Below, in pieces: positions 1 through 11,721 of a stretch of 64,000 nt of DNA. Each line of letters starts with the position of its first letter. The stretch's first letter is position 1. Origin of the DNA: Perkinsus chesapeaki ATCC PRA-425 (taxonomy: Eukaryota > Protista > Perkinsozoa); the NCBI GenBank assembly GCA_013115145.1, contig JAAPAO010000072.1, forward strand, positions 26,962-90,961, written 5' to 3'. The notes beneath the pieces were generated by a model that saw only the letters and a program-made list of their open reading frames with translations, did no database searches and had not been told where the DNA came from. The position numbers were made by a program, and so were the translations under genes.

Positions 1-2423
1 AACCCCACAAATGATATATCTGATCACGTCAAGTGGGTGGTGGATATAAATATAGTTTAACCTATCATCAGCTGTCCAAGAGAATGTTCGTATGGCATGT
101 TGGCCCCATACACCTTTCACTGATGAGCATGCCTGTCAAAATGAACAATACACATTGGCTGTTGCTGCTGACCAGTGGTGTTGCTGGAGGAGGGCCCACC
201 TGAGAGAGGGGACTCCTCGAAACCTTCCCGTTCACAATTGTCCGGACCAACGAGTCTCCCGTTGGTATTATTGGATGAATCAATTCAACATACTCAGGCA
301 AGGGATGCATCGGAGTAGACAATCTCTGAAAGAGGGAAAAGATACGCAAGCGCACTGCGAAGATTTCTCACCATAGCCTCAATCCACTTCCCATTTGGCC
401 GGGTGTACACATCAGTGGAGGCCAGTTTCCAGAGCACAAGTCCACCATGGTCATCAGAGCTAGCACAGTCACCGGTAATGTTATTAAAGCATACGTGTGA
501 TACAACTTGATTGTGAACACCACTGAGCTCAAATCTGATAAGGACCACCAACATTCATCGTCACTTCTGATGAGTATCTTTGTCTTACTCTAAATGATGG
601 TATTTAACAAGCTCTGGAACCCTCGGATAAGACTTCACTGGTCGCTCGCCATGCGGTTGCACGGAGAACACCCTTACACATTTATCACTGCAGCCAACTG
701 CAAACCAGAAGTTTAACGGCCGTCGTTTGGTGTCTTCTGAATAGCAATGGTGGATGAGCGATATGATGGTAGTAAAGCAGCAGCAGCATCACTACCATCG
801 ATTGCATTATCTAACCCAGGAAAGACATGAAAGCCTCTTATTAAAGTGTTATCAACATCCAGGTAGTATCTGTATAATAGATCATGAATAAGCATTGGAT
901 GATAGAATAATAGTTTAACTTGCAATAGCCCACTAATACTTCTCCACCATTGTCTCTCGTTACTGTACTCAGATCCCATATAAATATACCACCATCACAG
1001 GTAACGGTTATGAACACCTGAAAGGGGATCATGAATCGAACACGGGGACAGAAGTTGTGCTACTTGTTCGTGGTTTTTGGATGGAGTAAAAGCCATGAAG
1101 TGGACCTCTGCTGTGAACTCAAGCGCAGTTAAAGGCCGGCTCTGCTGGTCTTCATCGCTGACCTCCCATAATCGTACCTTAAATTGAGTGCTATGGGGAT
1201 CGAACCTACGCGGAACATGTCCAGTGAACCATAAGTCCACCCCCTTAACCACTCGGGCAAACACTCCAACGCTTTCGACGGTACGAAAACAATCGAGTAT
1301 AAAAATGAGAGCCCCTCATTATACATCCCTACCGTCTTATCTGTGGCCGAAGATGCAATGATCGTATCGCAATAATTAACAACCATTTCCATCACCTAGA
1401 AACCACAAATGCCTCAACCGGGGATCGAACCCCCGCGCATACCTCTCCAGTATGACCAGCTAATGTCGAGTTCAATATACCTGTCTTTGCATTCCACACT
1501 CTTAGGCGGTAGTCATCTCCACCAGTCACTATCACTCGAGATCCACACGCGAAATGTACACAATATCTGTGGACCATAGATATGGCATCTACAAGGTAGA
1601 GAGTCCCTCCCTTACACTGGCACTGGTGGCTGCTGCTGCTGTTGAGCTGCTGCTGCTGCTGATGATGATGGTTGCTCATGACCACTCTCATCCTCAGTCG
1701 TGGGAGGAGGGGGTTGAGCCTCGGCTGGTGCACGATGCCCAAGTACAGACCAGATACGTTGGAGTTTACGAGAATGCAATACCGATGTAACAGCAGGAGA
1801 TGGTCGATTGTTTGAGCCACCATGAATCTACACATTAACATCATCAGGAATACACCACCTTTGGTCATTATACATACCGACACTGCCGCCCTCCTCGTTA
1901 TAGACCTGTAAGTTGATGCCCACGTAGCTGCTCTACGCTCCGATGCGTATTCACCTGCATCAGGCTCCGAGTGCAGTATCGGGCTAAATAACGATTAATC
2001 GAAATTGACGACTGGTCCGAGTAATACCGTCCAGAGCAAAGTTGAAGCAGTCTATCCTTTGGCACACTATGGAGGTCTAAGTTCTTTATGGTAGAGTATG
2101 ACCTCGACCTAAATACCATCATCCTTTATAACTGGCAATCTACCAATTATACCCAAACAACCCCGATGCTTCGGCTTCCTCTTTTAAAACGTCTGCTGCC
2201 GAACTCAATGCCTGAAGGACAAGACAATTCGATCATTCATATACACCATTAATAACAATCTTTGTCAGACTCTGCCCTCTCCCACCAGTATTACCCCACT
2301 ACTCTGTAGATCTTCCAACATACTAGTAACAAGCAATAATAAATCCCTTGAGTTACCGTCCCAGTTGGCCCTCGATAAGGTATTACTGCTGCTATTGCTG
2401 CTGCTCCGTTGTTGACTACTCAT
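1..2423 (-). CDS. BRWD/PHIP-like WD40-repeat protein, multi-exon, 3' part beyond the window edge
   Basis: Spliced reading YCVHFACGSRVIVTGGDDYRLRVWNAKTGILNSTLAGHTGE|VMEMVVNYCDTIIASSATDKT|VRLWE matches the BRWD1/PHIP WD40 pattern (YCV.F...I.TG.DD..VK.W...GH..EI.DMAVNY.N..IA...DK.IRVW). Start codon at 2423 is a guess. Confidence 0.75.
1018..1063 (-). other. 46-nt GT-AG intron with a degenerate tRNA T-arm (sense)
   Basis: GTAGCACAACTTCTGTCCCCGTGTTCGATTCATGATCCCCTTTCAG; removal joins KNHEQ|VFITVTCDG in frame. Confidence 0.6.
1178..1332 (-). other. 155-nt intron hosting a full-length tRNA-Leu-like sequence that ends 7 nt before the 3' splice site
   Basis: Removal joins SSATDKT|VRLWE (canonical WD40 motif). 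Confidence 0.85.
1185..1266 (-). pseudogene. Type-II (Leu-like) tRNA body with a TAT anticodon; probable pseudogene or anticodon-shifted tRNA
   Basis: Acceptor stem GAGTGTT/AGCACTC, discriminator A, D-arm CCC-GAGTGGTTAA-GGG, anticodon stem GTGGA/TTCAC with loop CTTATGG, long variable arm TGGACATGTTCCG, T-arm GTAGG-TTCGATC-CCCAT (one mismatch). Confidence 0.8.
1396..1442 (-). other. 47-nt intron consisting of a tRNA 3' half (sense)
   Basis: GTATGCGCGGGGGTTCGATCCCCGGTTGAGGCATTTGTGGTTTCTAG; removal joins GHTGE|VMEMVVNY, and read-through hits a stop. Confidence 0.85.
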
Positions 2424-2799
2424 TATAGTGATACATCCCTATATCAGGGAGAAATACTAACAGTTATTATTTACACTATTTACGCAATATATAATAAAAC
2501 GAGGGAAATGTTAATCACAGCAAGATGGGTGATAAAAATAAGCCGCCGCTTAACCTTACATAACCACACCAGAGTTGCCTGACAATCACACTGTCATCGC
2601 CGCCGCCGTGTCACCACCTGTATCATCACCTATTCTCTGTAAGCCTTTAGGAGCCTGTTTAGCACATTGCTTTGTTACTTCATCATCCAACATTTCTGTA
2701 TGTAACCAATTAAACCTATATCACATCTACACTAATAATACCACACGCACTAGTCACCTATCATTAATAACCTCCCTAGCATTAAGCTTTCTTAATTCT

Positions 2800-3292
2800 T
2801 TAGTCCAATAAACAGCTGAACCAGCTCGATACAGGAATGGTAAAGATAACACAGCAAGGAAGGTAGTACCCATCACTGTGGGAGAGTTCCAGAAGGTCGA
2901 CTGAGATAATAAATAGTATTATGATTATTATGATGTTTAATACCTCCCTAAAAGCGGACTTGAATCCACCAGCAGCCTTGAGGCCTTGTAATACACCAGA
3001 TGATTGTTGAGCAGTGGCTAGGCGACCAAAGGCAACTCGAAACATGGTTAAAACCCAAACTAAAAATGCATAATGGTCAGTCGGATGTTGGTATATACGC
3101 ATCGGTGATGAGATTCACACAGCTAGTTAGCGCTTTCCAAGATATGGTGAGGGGCTGATTTTCAAAACCGCTTCCAGAAACTGTTCCAGAATAGCACGAA
3201 GCCTTGTCTATTGAACGGGCGGTGAGAGAGCTTGATTCCTGATTACTGTGAAGACGAGTTCCTCTGTATAATATGCTTCGCTCCGCTAACAA
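2800..3292 (-). CDS. Hypothetical multi-exon protein with a hydrophobic C-terminus
   Basis: Adjacent ORFs 3077..3292 and 2800..3102 with GT-AG candidates between them; no recognisable family. Confidence 0.3.
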
Positions 3293-3849
3293 AACTGCAC
3301 GTTGAGTAGCGCACGCCCACTTACGTGTACCTTCTAATTAAATGACGTCAAGATGTTATCTTATATGACTATAATATTAATGACAGCTGCAGGTAGGGAA
3401 TGCCCTCCTAATGCTAATACACACTGTTTTGATAATGAAGATTTTACATGTGAAAGATGCTGTACAACGGCACCCAATCAACCTCGAGGGAATCCTGAAT
3501 GTTGGATTGAATATCTCCAGTAACTATAGCCTCTTAGAATAGGCACTTTTGGGAATTACTTTAATAATTGCATTAATATGCCGATAGGTATGAGCCGTGT
3601 TGCGGTACCGCAGCATTTGAAGCATCAGGGAAGTCCCTACCATTACCATCTTCACTTAACCTCAGTAACCTGCCTGATGTCCCGCCATAGACCGTACCAT
3701 GCTAATACACCTATTGTTGAGTTTCTGATAGACTAATATAATAGTTTTTCGTCCTTTTATAATTTCGGACGTCCAGTCTGGTGACCTATGCAACAACAGA
3801 AGCCTAATACTCGATTACTGGCACAAAGCACTAATCTAACCAAGCGGTA

Positions 3850-5249
3850 GGACCAAAGAGGAGGTATATGGGGAAATTATCTGCATCGTCAGGTTCGAGG
3901 AGTCTGATAAAATAATTTATAACAGCGGTTTTACATGTACTGTGGTCCAAGGCCGTGACCGCGTCACTGATAATGTAGTATAGGACTGTTAGTCAACCTA
4001 AAAGGAATCTTTGTTAGAAAGTGGCTATCAAACTAGTCCAGAAAAAGAAGCTCGTCACCGATGCTGAGATAGAACGTGCCAGGTGATGATAGTAATATTA
4101 ATATGAACCAACTTAACATTAGATACGAGTTAAAGTATCATTCTTCATTGTCCCATCCTAATATAGTACCATTGGTGGCTTGTGAAGAGACTAATGAAGG
4201 TTTTATAGCAATAACGCCTTATGGTAGGAGCATAGCAACACTCCTTTCGAAGATGGTATCTATTAGCATGCGATGGAGACCTTTATGAGCTTACACATTG
4301 CACAACATTAACTGAGGAAGCAACAAGGAACTGCATTAGTCAAGTATGGCTCTTAAATGTGGCTCACATTGTGAAAAGAGTGTTGATAGATCCTTGCTGC
4401 TATCAATTATATGCATACTCAGAAGAGGCTCGTTCATGGTGATATTAAACCGGTAATAGGAGTGTAGAGTGGTTTATGATGATTACAGGAGGGGGGTTTG
4501 TTATTTAGCATAATATGTTATTGCGTAAAATAGAAGGTAAATTTATATTATTACTCTGTGACTTTGGATTCACAGAGGAGCTTCGACCACATACCAATGA
4601 TGTCTTATTCACTCAGCTTAGAGGTAGGCAACAACAACAACCTCTATGAGCTTGGATACTACTCTATAGGCACTTCCGGGTACTTCGCTCCCGAACAACT
4701 TGCTGGTCGAAATTACGATGGTAAAGTTGACGTATTTGCTGCTGGGGTTATAACATTCACTCTTATCGGGGTAATAATAATATCCCTTGCTCTGTTTTAC
4801 GCTGCCTGTTAGGGCTATGAGCCATTCTATCCTCCGGACAACATGTCGGAGCCGGTAGAGTTCGAACCACGTTATTGGCAACATGTGAGTGATGAAGCTA
4901 AGGATTTTATGAGGCGGTAAGTAACGTAATTTAGCCACTACTTTGACAGACTGAGGTCAGATGTCTCGCCATTGATCCTCGGCAACGAATGTCCTGTGAA
5001 GAGGCATTGGCCCATCCATGGCTATCGATGGGCATACCAAAGCATGTCAGTCGATATGTAAATGGATTGAAAGATTATCACTCGGGCTTTCAGACATCAC
5101 CTCGTGGTTCGGCGGAAGGGGACTATAGCATGAACCCTCCACCTGATGAAAGTATTGACTTTTGGAATGCAAAGGATGTTATTATAAAGGAGTTCGAGGC
5201 CTGTATATCGAATAGGAGTAATGATGTCCCATCTAAGTCGGAAAGGTAA
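3850..5249 (+). CDS. Ser/Thr protein kinase, CAMK-group-like, multi-exon (start not defined)
   Basis: Exons give KVAIK, HPNIV, LVHGDIKP (4434-4452), LCDFGF, GTSGYFAPE, GKVDVFAAGVI, VSDEAKDF, RMSCEEALAHPW. Confidence 0.88.
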
Positions 5250-5489
5250 TATCACCTTCAGTAGTGTTGCTAGCAGCAATCATTGACAGTTTCATCGATC
5301 ACGACATTGATCTCTTCACATGTGCTGATGTTGCAGCTGGTCCACAGGCCGCTAAGGGATCTTAATGAAGGATGGGGGACGAGGAGGAGGAGGAGGCATC
5401 AACATTGTTGTTATTGCATGTTTTCGGTCTATTTTAATTTCTTACACTACTATTAGAACCCACTGTTTGTTGTATGCTGCTGCTGATGG

Positions 5490-7031
5490 ATGGAGAGGGT
5501 GTTGTTGATACCACCATGGATTTATATACAAGATAAGGAAATATAGAGAGGGAAATTCTGCTGCATTTTTATCATCAGAGGAGGTATCCCTCCCAAGAAT
5601 CATAACTGTTGTGTTAAGTAAGTATCGATGGGTGGTGCCGATTTAGGTGATCTATGGATGGCAAAGGGGAAAGATATATATCTCTGCTGAAGGCAAGGAT
5701 TGGTGACGTTGAGATAAGTGAAGCATTAAATGATGAAGAGGTAAAGGATTCCTACACGAATGGAGTTGATGGGGAATTCAGATGGTGTATGCTTGGAAGA
5801 GGATAGCTCAACAAGGCTGTATAACAAGAGGGAGGCTTCAACACTTTATTAATATATTTATAGGATCTCCTGAGGGGGGAGGTTGCTCATTGTCTGTATT
5901 AAGATAACATTAGTATCATTAAATAGTAATGCTGCTAGGCATTGGAGATAGCAGACTTATATAAGTATATGAACGGAGGCAATGAAGATGGGGGCGATGT
6001 AACACAGAAGGGCTTTAAGGTGTACTAGTTATGTGATAACGGTGAGATATCATAGGCCCATAGGATTTCTTGACAAGTCAGCCTACCAAAGAGATGCTGG
6101 GTGATGTGATACCAGGCAGGCCTAGTAGGCTATCTGCATGTGGGATAACACATCCTCGACATTATCTTTCATAGTGGATATTTAGTTAGTGCGGCTGGAA
6201 AGCTGCCATTTAGTGGGGATGAGGATCAGAAGTGGAATAAGGCATTTTATGAAGGTTCGAACGACTTACATGAAGAGAACAAACGAAAGTATTGTGGGCT
6301 CGTAAAGATACTCAACATCTCAACCCTCATTTACTTTCGAAGACTTCACTTGATAAATGTTAATTGTTGTATACCGCAGTGTCATGCGTGGAGCTCGGAT
6401 ACCATCACTGGTGGTAGAGAATGTCGTCAGGTTTTTAGCGAGTGAAGAGGCCGGTATGAAGGAAATTGAGAGGCAATGCCTCATCGAACTGTTTACCAAT
6501 CTCGACACTAAACGCCGAGGTAAGGCCCCAAGGCGGCGTTGCCACCTTCTACATCCTATTAAGGTTGTTTGGATGCTGATGACATCGCCAATAAGATTGT
6601 AAGAAATCATGTCGGCTTCACACGGAAGGAGGGCAAGAAGGCGGATCGGTCAATAGAGTCGTTGGCTTTGTCACAAGATGTAGGTTAAGCTGTGGATGGT
6701 ATGGATGATAATGATGCCTAATAGATATTGTTTGAGCTACGGTATCGCGCTGCTATGAAAGGGTTGATACGTCGCAGTGCAAGAGATAGATGGGGTACAA
6801 TTAGGGAACGATTCATGCGTGCTTCAGTCCATGATGATGCTGCTAAGAGAGAAGAAACATTTATAACCGATCTTGGTAAATAACACTCCAAGTGAATAGT
6901 CAACATGTTTCGTAGGTAGAAGAAAGCTCTCAATAGAAGGATATGATGATGATGCCACCAATGGTGACTCATCCGTCCTTCCATTTCAGGTGAACCAATG
7001 TCCACATTGTGGCGGCAATCCAATATTATAA
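5490..7031 (+). CDS. Hypothetical multi-exon protein
   Basis: Open exons joined by GT-AG introns (e.g. LLHPIK|IVRNHVGFTRK; ILFELRYRAAMK...TDLG|RRKLSIEG...CPHCGGNPIL*); no family recognised; start uncertain. Confidence 0.45.
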
Positions 7032-7201
7032 AGCCTACACTATTGTTAGGTTTGGTTAGCTGCTGTTGGTGGAGGGTTGGCGAGAAAGAAGGATGATGAG
7101 TTGTGAAGGGCGACAAGTCTTCACTTGTCATGGAACATGTTAATTTACAGTGTCTATTAATGAAAGGAGTAACCAGTTTTGAGTTGAATACTACATTCAG
7201 A

Positions 7202-7273
7202 ACGGCGCGCCCGGATTTGAACCGAGGACCTGCTGATCTGCAGTCAGCCGCTCTACCACTGAGCTACACACCC
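7202..7273 (-). tRNA. tRNA-Cys(GCA), near intact, with a G1:G72 mismatch
   Basis: GGGTGTGTAGCTCAGTGGTAGAGCGGCTGACTGCAGATCAGCAGGTCCTCGGTTCAAATCCGGGCGCGCCGT; perfect anticodon stem GCTGA/TCAGC, loop CTGCAGA, U73 discriminator. Confidence 0.88.
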
Positions 7274-7505
7274 TTGGCGTACTTATTGGCGAGCCAAGGC
7301 GTCGAATTTCTCAACTCTGATCGTTCAGCCGTAGCTTTCCTTGTCGTAGTACTAGCCTTATACTGAATGTAATAACCCAACATTACGTCCATCATCCCTC
7401 TCTTCATCCCATTCGCACTCACTCTTGTCGCGCACGCCATCTCGATCGATACCCACAATCTTAAATAATATATCCTCCTTTAAAGGTTGTTGAATCTTTA
7501 CCACT

Positions 7506-9566
7506 ATGGATGAGCAATACGACGTCATCGTTTGTGGCACTGGACTTAAGGAATGCATTCTATCCGGTTTGTTCTCTGTACTAAATCTTTCACCATACCT
7601 ATATACTATATACCATTATTTAGTGCTACGGTAAGAAGGTCCTCCATTTGGATCGGAATGGTTATTATGGTGGTGACTGTGCCTCATTGAATCTTACCAC
7701 ATTATGGGATAAGTTCAGGCCAGGTAATGTAATAGTCACTTGTAATAGTAATGGAGTAACTCAGTAGGAGAGAAGCCACCAGCGGATTATGGATCTAATA
7801 GGGATTGGAATGTTGATCTCATCCCAAAGTTCGTTATGGCATCTGGTCAACTTGTTAAAATACTTTTAAAGACTAAAGTTACCAGGTGAGGCATTAGTGG
7901 CGGTGACGTTGCTAGAATGTATGGCAGATATCTCGAATGGAAATCTGTTGAAGGAACATACGTCTATCAGTATCAGGCTGCTGGCCTATTCTCTAACGAG
8001 AAGTTCATTCACAAGGTATAAGGGTGCAGCCGTCACTGAGTGGGGTGATGCTTGGTTTAGGTGCCAGCGACAGAGATGGAGATTGTTAAGTCACCTTTGA
8101 TGGGTATAATGGAAAAGAAAAGATGTACTAGTTTTTTCATGTTTATTGCGAGGTGGGTCGGTCGTGTGGCATTATTAACGTCTATGCTTCATTTAGGTGG
8201 AAGGATGATGATGTATCGACTCATGATGGTATCGATGGTAACAGGCATACGATGATGCAAGTAGGAGTAGTTAGCATCACATACCGACTTAACCATACCT
8301 ATAGGTTTATGAGAAATATGGCCTTCAACCTGACACTATAGACTTCTTTGGTCATGCCGTTGCTTTGTATCCTGACGACAGTTATTTATTCAAGCCATGT
8401 GGACCAACTATTCAAAAGATGAAATTGTAATAGTAAATGGTTGTCTTTTTTATTTCATAACCTTTTTAATAGGTATCTTGATTCTATCACAAGATACGGT
8501 CAGAGTCCATTCATCTATCCTATCTATGGATTAGGTAGCAGTAAAAGTGAATAGTCAATAAGGAGGCTTACTCTGGATAGGTGGGATACCGGAAGGCTTC
8601 AGTCGTTTAAGTGCCATCCATGGTGGTACCTATATGCTTAATAAGCCTGTTGGTAAGTATTCAACTACTCTTACTTATCATTAATCATCCCTACAGATGG
8701 ATTCGAGTTCGATACCGATGGTAAGATCTGCGGTGTTAAGTCGGAGGGGGAGGTAGTAATATTATTACACAATCGTTGTAGACGACAACTTGTCGTCGTC
8801 ATCGGCCGCTACCACACCGCTACAGGTTGCTCATGCCCCTTTGGTTGTATGTGACCCTTCATATGTTAAAGATACTCTCCCTCAAAAAGTCAGATGCACT
8901 GGCCGTACCATCAGAGCTATTTGCGTAGGTTTATCCGCTCCACCAACCATTCAAGTGTTATTAGATTCTCGGTCATCCTATTCCGAACACTAATGATGCA
9001 ACCTCTTGTCAAATCATTATCCCACAAAAACAGCTCAATAGGAGGTAATGAACAGCAAGGGGGTTATGCATGTCATCATTTCTTCAAGGTCTGATGTCTA
9101 CGTTATGATGGTCTCTTGGGCGCATAATATCGCGTATAAAGGAAAGTAGTATCATTCAAGATTTAGCTCTTTCCATTGGTGAGGTGTAGGTATGTAGCAT
9201 TGGTCTCCACCACTGTTGAAACTAACGATCCTGAGAGAGAGATAATGCCAGCACTTCAACTATTAGGCAACATTGAGAACAAGTTCGTTACGATATCGGA
9301 GAAGTAAGCACACTGAATGGTTACATTGTGAGGATCTATGCTACAGTTATGAACCAACCGATGATGGCAAAGAGGATCAGTTGTTCGTGTCAAAGTCTTA
9401 TGATGCTACCAGCCACTTCGAGTCGGCAACACAGGATGTAATATTATCCTTCATTTGTGTATTGAATATCGTATCATTATAGGTGTTGGAGATGTGGGAA
9501 AGGATTACTGGTAAGCCTTTGGATTTAACACTTACACCTGAAGACACTGCTGAAGATGAACAATAG
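7506..9566 (+). CDS. GDI: Rab GDP-dissociation inhibitor, multi-exon
   Basis: [89 protein letters not shown] are Rab GDI hallmarks. Confidence 0.96.
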
Positions 9567-9672
9567 GAATAATAACACACAATATCCCTTTTAATGATGA
9601 CTATGCTTCTATTATTTACATCTGTTGAGTTTAACTAAGTCCAAAGTACAGCGCAAGTGTTAACGTGATTGA

Positions 9673-11320
9673 ATGGCGCCAGCAGCAGCAGCAGCCATTG
9701 AAGAGAGTGGTAGAGTGTGCAGTGGATGCAACAGACGATTAAATCACGAACACTATTCTAATAAACAATGGCAGGCTAAAGCTAAAGTTAGGAAATGCTT
9801 GAAATGTAGCGGTTACTGGATTATTAATGGAACAGCACTCTCATCATCGATCAGGCACATCAACACACAACGGCAACGAAACAACCAAGAGCCATGGAGG
9901 TATCGAAGTTGTTACTGTCGAGCCGTATGGTAGAGTATTGCGGACAACTGCGGCTGTGAAGAAAGGGGATGTTATATGGCAAGAGGAACCTATTGTACAT
10001 TCGGCAAGAGTGGCGGACTTAACTCGACGGGAGGAAGTCTTTGTATCGGTTTTAAGCAGCAAGCTGAACGGTTTGAGTGTTATTGAAGATTTCCTCTTTA
10101 TCAAGGCATATGTCGCCCTACCTTTGAGGGACAGGAATACAGTGCTTGACTGTTATTATCCAACCAAAGCGGAGGTGTCTAGGTCACCGTTGCTGTCAGC
10201 ACTCATAAAGATATGCCCACCCATTTTTGAAGAGCTCTTCAAAGGCTCTGATGGAGCCTTACGAAATTGGACAGGCGCCCCGGTGAATGATTCCGATGAG
10301 CTCGAGAAAGTTGTCCTGATTAAAGCCACGAATGCTCATGCTTACTACGTTCAGTCTGAGGTCACCGCATGCGCCCTGTACGAACTTGGCAGCAAAATGC
10401 GGCATTCGTGTGCTCCTAATGTGGTGTATTCAAGCCGACGTGGCAGCGGCGGTAGCAGCGTCGAGTCCAGCCAGGGCAGTTTCGTGGCACTTATCGATCT
10501 GCCGGCCAATACCGAGCTGCGATTCTCCTACATAGAACCTGTTGCACCAGCGTGTATGAGACGGCAACTGCTGTTGAATAATTATGTGTTTTATTGTGAC
10601 TGTCCACTGTGTGAATCAATTGACTATTATCGCGGCATACCTTGCCCGAAGTGTTCCCCGAGACGAGGGGATTGGGTTGAAGCCGCTGAGACTAAACTCA
10701 TCCATCCTGATGATCTGAAAATGCCACAGGTGTTAAGTCAAGGAACGATCTACCATGTTGATAAGGAAGACTATCAGTGGGTGTGCAACGTGTGTGGTGC
10801 CAAGGTATCTGAGGATGAATGTGGTCTACCGGAGGACCTTGAAGACTCTCTCATAGACACTGCTCGAAACTGTGATGATCTCGATGAATATGAGCTATCT
10901 CAACACCTCCGATCGATGCCACTCATCCTAGGTGTTAATCATTCCGCTGTATGGTTGGTTCGTAAAGCATATATCAATCGGCTGATAGAGAACAACGGCG
11001 CATTGGAAAGAATAAAAAACGAAACGGCTCAGTTGCTGGCAGCTGTTGATCATGCCGGAGAGCTATTCGAGAAGGAGCTTGGCCCGCATTACTATATCGA
11101 GTCCGGTGCAGCATTTATGGAGTCTTTGTTAAATAAGGTTGCTGGGCGATTAACCAGAGATAGGCAGTGGGAGTTGGCAGAAGAATACCTTCAGAAGTCT
11201 AAGGCGTCGATGTTGTTACTCATGGCGCCCAATGATGATCCGATTGTTACCATCGATAAAGCTCTAGCTGCCTGTCAGCTTGGAGATGTTTCAATGTTAC
11301 CACAAGTGTTCCGTGGTTAA
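9673..11320 (+). CDS. SET-domain (SMYD-like) methyltransferase with an N-terminal CxxC...SxKQW...CxxC zinc module
   Basis: 497-aa ORF with YGRVL, GDVIWQEEP, SKMRHSCAPN (SET NHSCxPN variant), ELRFSYI, YVFYCDCPLC post-SET. The 9673 ORF can be joined in phase via an intron at about 9811-9855. Confidence 0.8.
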
Positions 11321-11721
11321 GGGTAAAAGTGTCGTGTTTAAAGTCAGCATGTGGTTTACAGAAGAGGAGGCCCTTAATGATAGCATTACTTTGGGAAAGA
11401 GACTCGATATCGAGAAACATCTTTCGAGGCTCTCGCGGGAGTTAGAGTCAAACAGTGCATCATAAAACACGCGTTTTTGCAATCATCAATAAACAGGATG
11501 TAGCTGGGAACCTTGTAAGCAGCCTACCTTGTCACCCTTTATGAATGTCGGCCTATTGATATTGTTGCTCACTTCACGGAATGCCGATGTAAAAGAGATA
11601 AGTAAGCCGCCGACATGCGTGATGTAGCAAAATAACCGTTAATGTAAGGTAATGAGTTTTACGAGGACCAATACATTCTGACAATGGAGGAAGTCTGGAA
11701 CACACGATCAAGCAATTTCTT

